From: Synechocystis sp. PCC 6803 substr. PCC-P
Lineage (GTDB): Bacteria; Cyanobacteriota; Cyanobacteriia; Cyanobacteriales; Microcystaceae
NCBI RefSeq assembly: GCF_000284455.1
Contig: NC_017039.1
Location: forward strand, 2,940,001-2,972,000
Length of the DNA stretch: 32,000 bases
Reading direction: 5' to 3'
Shown here: positions 29,303 through 32,000 of the stretch, in pieces
How the letters are laid out: each line of letters starts with the position of its first letter
Position numbering within the stretch: the stretch's first letter is position 1
Notes under the pieces: model-generated
The model's input: the letters and a program-made list of their open reading frames with translations, nothing else
The model's database searches: none
What the model was told of the DNA's origin: nothing
Made by a program: the position numbers and the translations under genes

Positions 29303-29995
29303 TCAGCCCCTTGGTGTCTGGATTTCTTTCAACAAAGTACGGATTAGATCGCCAATTTCTCTCCAGGCTTTGATTGCTACTAAATTGGGGGGGAATAGCT
29401 GTCCAGATAGGCCAACGGCGATCGCTCCGGCCGCTAGGAAAGCTTGGGCATTTGCCAAAGTTACCCCTCCGGTGGGAATAAGGGGAATTTGGCCGAGGGG
29501 ACCTTGGAGAGCTTGAATGTAGTCCACTCCTCCCAAGGTTTTAATGGGAAAAACTTTGACGGCGGTGGCTCCCCTCTGCCAGGCTTGGACAATCTCCGTA
29601 GGGGAAAAGGCACCGGGAATAATGGGGATGCCATGGGCCACGGCGCTGGTAATTAATTCTGGCTCACTGTGGGGGGTAAAGCAAAATTGGGCTCCACTGG
29701 CAACGGCCTGGAGCAAATCCTCCTGAGAGAGGACTGTACCCGTACCAATGGCACAATGGGGAAATTGATGACGCAGGTGAGCAATGGTTTCCCCCGGCTG
29801 GTCACTGTTCCAGGTAATTTCCACTAGCCCCATGCCTGCTTCGATGGCCACCTTAGCCAATTGCAGACTTAGGTCGATGGAATCAGTGCGAATAACGGCG
29901 ATCGCCCGGTGCTGTCGCAACATTTTTAACCATGGCGATCGGAGGGCGGAGATAGCTGACTCCTGGGGGCAACCAAAATCATCAATGATGGACAA
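29303..29995 (-). CDS. eda: bifunctional KDPG / 4-hydroxy-2-oxoglutarate aldolase
   Basis: 230-aa ORF. Motifs AIAVIR, GMGLVEITWNS, IGTGTVL, FCFTPH, IPGAFSPTEI, VKVFP (Schiff-base Lys) and IPTGGV. Confidence 0.88.
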   Translation of the reverse strand: MSIIDDFGCPQESAISALRSPWLKMLRQHRAIAVIRTDSIDLSLQLAKVAIEAGMGLVEITWNSDQPGETIAHLRHQFPHCAIGTGTVLSQEDLLQAVASGAQFCFTPHSEPELITSAVAHGIPIIPGAFSPTEIVQAWQRGATAVKVFPIKTLGGVDYIQALQGPLGQIPLIPTGGVTLANAQAFLAAGAIAVGLSGQLFPPNLVAIKAWREIGDLIRTLLKEIQTPRG

Positions 29996-30042
29996 ATTCC
30001 AAACTTCCTACATTCAACACTGTTCCAGATTACCGCTCCACC

Positions 30043-31050
30043 ATGGCCCTTTCTCCCCTCTCCCGCTTTCAAGCTTCCTTACTCCTGGCCTTGGGGGGAA
30101 AAGACTGGGATGAAAACCATCAGAATCAAGCTAATTGCCTCCGATGGGGCCAACCCTGGCAGTACATATTATCCGAGCCTTACCAAACTCCTTTGCCGGA
30201 AAGATTTTGGCAAAATGCTTTGTCCCAACAGCCAGCCTTAACTACGGCAGAGTTAGTTAATTGGTTAATTGTTTTAGCTCTTTACCATTACGAAAATCCC
30301 TTCGGCTTTAGGCAGGATCTATCCCACTGGTTCCATCTTTGTCAGAATCATTGCCCTGCATGGGTCGGTGGTGACCAGGCCGAGCCCGCCTTATTACTAT
30401 GGCAAAGACTACTGACCCTTATCCTGTCGGAAAGATTTGCCATTCACCAGTTGCCAGCCCTACTGAGAGCACCAGCGCAATGGTGGCCAGTTACTCCGGC
30501 CCCGGCATTTTCCCCAGAGTTACGCCAGGGCCTAACGGCGATCGCCGCATGTTTAGAAAATTATGTTTCCCCCAGAACCACGGGCCAAACTGCCGATCCC
30601 TGGATCCATATGGTTAGCACCGCCATTTATCTCTGGGGTCAAAACCCCGCTCAACCCCGGTTAATTCTTCGCCAACTAGGAATGGCAGAACAATCTGCAT
30701 CAAAGGCGATCGCCCTTTCACCCCCGAGGAAAAATCAAGTGAATCACCCTGGCCAGAATCCTTATCCGGGGATTTTGTCCCCCTTAACCCTCGCCCTCGT
30801 GGGAGCTTATAATGGTATGCAGATTAGCCAACAAGCTCTAATAACAGACCATCGCTCCACAGTGCGCGCCAACTTTTTGCCCTTAGGACAACAACTTTGG
30901 CGGAGATGGTCCGGTCGTCTTAGTGTTGGTTCCGGCCAGGAAAACCCCGCCTTGGCTGTAGCTCCCCCGTTGGGAATGCAACGTCGATCTAGTTTAAAAT
31001 TGGTCTCTCAACAGGAATATGCACAGATCCTCCCCACCCATGGCAATTAA
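30043..31050 (+). CDS. hypothetical protein (335 aa), no recognised domain
   Basis: Long ORF with host-like composition and two HIP1 sites. It is divergent from eda with a 47-bp spacer. The protein is W/Q/P-rich and has no motif I can assign. Confidence 0.6.
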   Translation: MALSPLSRFQASLLLALGGKDWDENHQNQANCLRWGQPWQYILSEPYQTPLPERFWQNALSQQPALTTAELVNWLIVLALYHYENPFGFRQDLSHWFHLCQNHCPAWVGGDQAEPALLLWQRLLTLILSERFAIHQLPALLRAPAQWWPVTPAPAFSPELRQGLTAIAACLENYVSPRTTGQTADPWIHMVSTAIYLWGQNPAQPRLILRQLGMAEQSASKAIALSPPRKNQVNHPGQNPYPGILSPLTLALVGAYNGMQISQQALITDHRSTVRANFLPLGQQLWRRWSGRLSVGSGQENPALAVAPPLGMQRRSSLKLVSQQEYAQILPTHGN

Positions 31051-31095
31051 CTGGACAGCCCAACATTTTCCAGCCGTTGCCCACCCATTGGTGCT

Positions 31096-32000
31096 ATGAA
31101 AGCAATTTTTGCCCTCCGCCAAGCAGTGGCGTCCCAACTAAAAAAGTCCACTGCCTCTAGCCATCCTCTCCCCAGGACCACGGCCTCCACTTCCCAAGAT
31201 GAAACCATTTGGCAAAAAATCCACCGCTCCAGGTTTGTACGCATTGCCCACCCACCAGTGATGTTGGGTATTACAGTGGTGTCCCTCACCGGGGTAGTGG
31301 GTTACCGTTTCTATAACCAGCCCCAGCTCAGCGTTGGCACCGAATCTCCCTACACCATTTACGCCCCGGAAGATGGCAGTTTTGTGGACGAAAGAACCAC
31401 AGAGGAAAAGCGGAAGGAAGTGCGGGCCGGTACCATTCCCCGCCTACAAAGGGATAACGAGTTAACCGCCCAACTCAAACAAGAAAGAAGTCAATATCTG
31501 GATGCCATCAACCAGCTCCGCTACCTAGCCGGTACCTTTCCCTACATAGACACCAAGATTTTTACCCTGGAGCAGCAACATTTACTCCGTAGTCTGGGGC
31601 CAGGGGAATGGCAACAATTGGAAGATTATATTAGCTATGGCCAGCCACTGCCCATGGCTTCACCCCAGTTGGCCAAACTGCAACAGTTATTTGATCAACA
31701 AAAAGCCACCACTTCCCCTGAGACCATGGCGGGCTTACTCACCAGCATCAGGACCGCCCAGGATAGATATGGTCGGGTGACGGCTCGCTTGGCGGAGGTT
31801 AAGGCCGATCGCCAGATTACCAATAACCAGATCGGGGCATTGAAGTTAGACGGGCCCACCTGGCAAACTACCCAACAGACCATTATCCAAGTCCATGACC
31901 GCATTCTCACCCAGGGCCTACCGGCGGGCATCACTGCTCCTCTGTTGGGGGAAACGGTACAACTCCATTTGCGCAACATTTTGCCCCCCCAGGCCCACCA
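31096..32000 (+). CDS. N-terminal part of a membrane-anchored protein, probably a PgpH-like 7TM-HD (HDIG) phosphohydrolase; 3' end outside window
   Basis: The open frame runs from ATG 31096 to the window end, so it is absent from the ORF track. MKAIFALRQ...RFVRIAHPPVMLGITVVSLTGVVGY is a single TM anchor. It is followed by VGTESPYTIYAPEDGSFVDERTTEEKRKEVRAGTIP, which resembles the start of the extracellular 7TMR-HDED domain. The - strand ORFs 31047-31289 and 31695-31979 are antisense artefacts. Confidence 0.5.
   Translation, partial: MKAIFALRQAVASQLKKSTASSHPLPRTTASTSQDETIWQKIHRSRFVRIAHPPVMLGITVVSLTGVVGYRFYNQPQLSVGTESPYTIYAPEDGSFVDERTTEEKRKEVRAGTIPRLQRDNELTAQLKQERSQYLDAINQLRYLAGTFPYIDTKIFTLEQQHLLRSLGPGEWQQLEDYISYGQPLPMASPQLAKLQQLFDQQKATTSPETMAGLLTSIRTAQDRYGRVTARLAEVKADRQITNNQIGALKLDGPTWQTTQQTIIQVHDRILTQGLPAGITAPLLGETVQLHLRNILPPQAH

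Overview
The window looks like an ordinary chromosomal region of a unicellular cyanobacterium. The octamer GCGATCGC (HIP1) occurs about 28 times by my manual count. The gene set and the TrxA, Pyk, Glk, Amt1 and Eda protein sequences look like Synechocystis sp. PCC 6803 or a close relative; this is recognition from memory, not a search result. Coding density is high and most genes are housekeeping or transport genes. In order they are: an AI-2E permease (partial), creatininase-family protein, Crp/Fnr regulator, glucokinase, ABC exporter, MFS transporter, ClC channel, MscS-type channel, CobQ, an amidohydrolase_2 decarboxylase-like protein with an overlapping mini 2Fe-2S ferredoxin, pyruvate kinase, HI0933-type flavoprotein, thioredoxin, asparaginase-II family protein, Ycf36-like protein, UDP-GlcNAc 2-epimerase, GltS-type symporter, AroH chorismate mutase, GT2-TPR glycosyltransferase, ammonium transporter Amt1, KDPG/KHG aldolase, an orphan protein and a PgpH-like protein (partial). 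I found no CRISPR array, tRNA or rRNA, and no defence, toxin-antitoxin or other multi-gene system that I could call novel. Five things lie beyond the ORF track. (1) A Yfr1-type sRNA sits just upstream of trxA, with the exact ACUCCUCACAC motif between two hairpins. (2) A 1371-bp low-GC IS701-family element has intact about 29-bp inverted repeats, but its transposase carries three lesions that I can locate precisely. (3) An NtcA box (TGTA-N8-TAC) lies upstream of amt1. (4) Two unusually long AT-rich ORF-free spacers are present (5915-6390 and 8172-8926); the second carries a 13-bp tandem repeat and G5/C5 hairpin motifs. (5) A compositionally deviant (low-GC) MscS-type channel gene is convergent with a divergent ClC gene. 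All family assignments come from reading motifs in the translations, with no database search.
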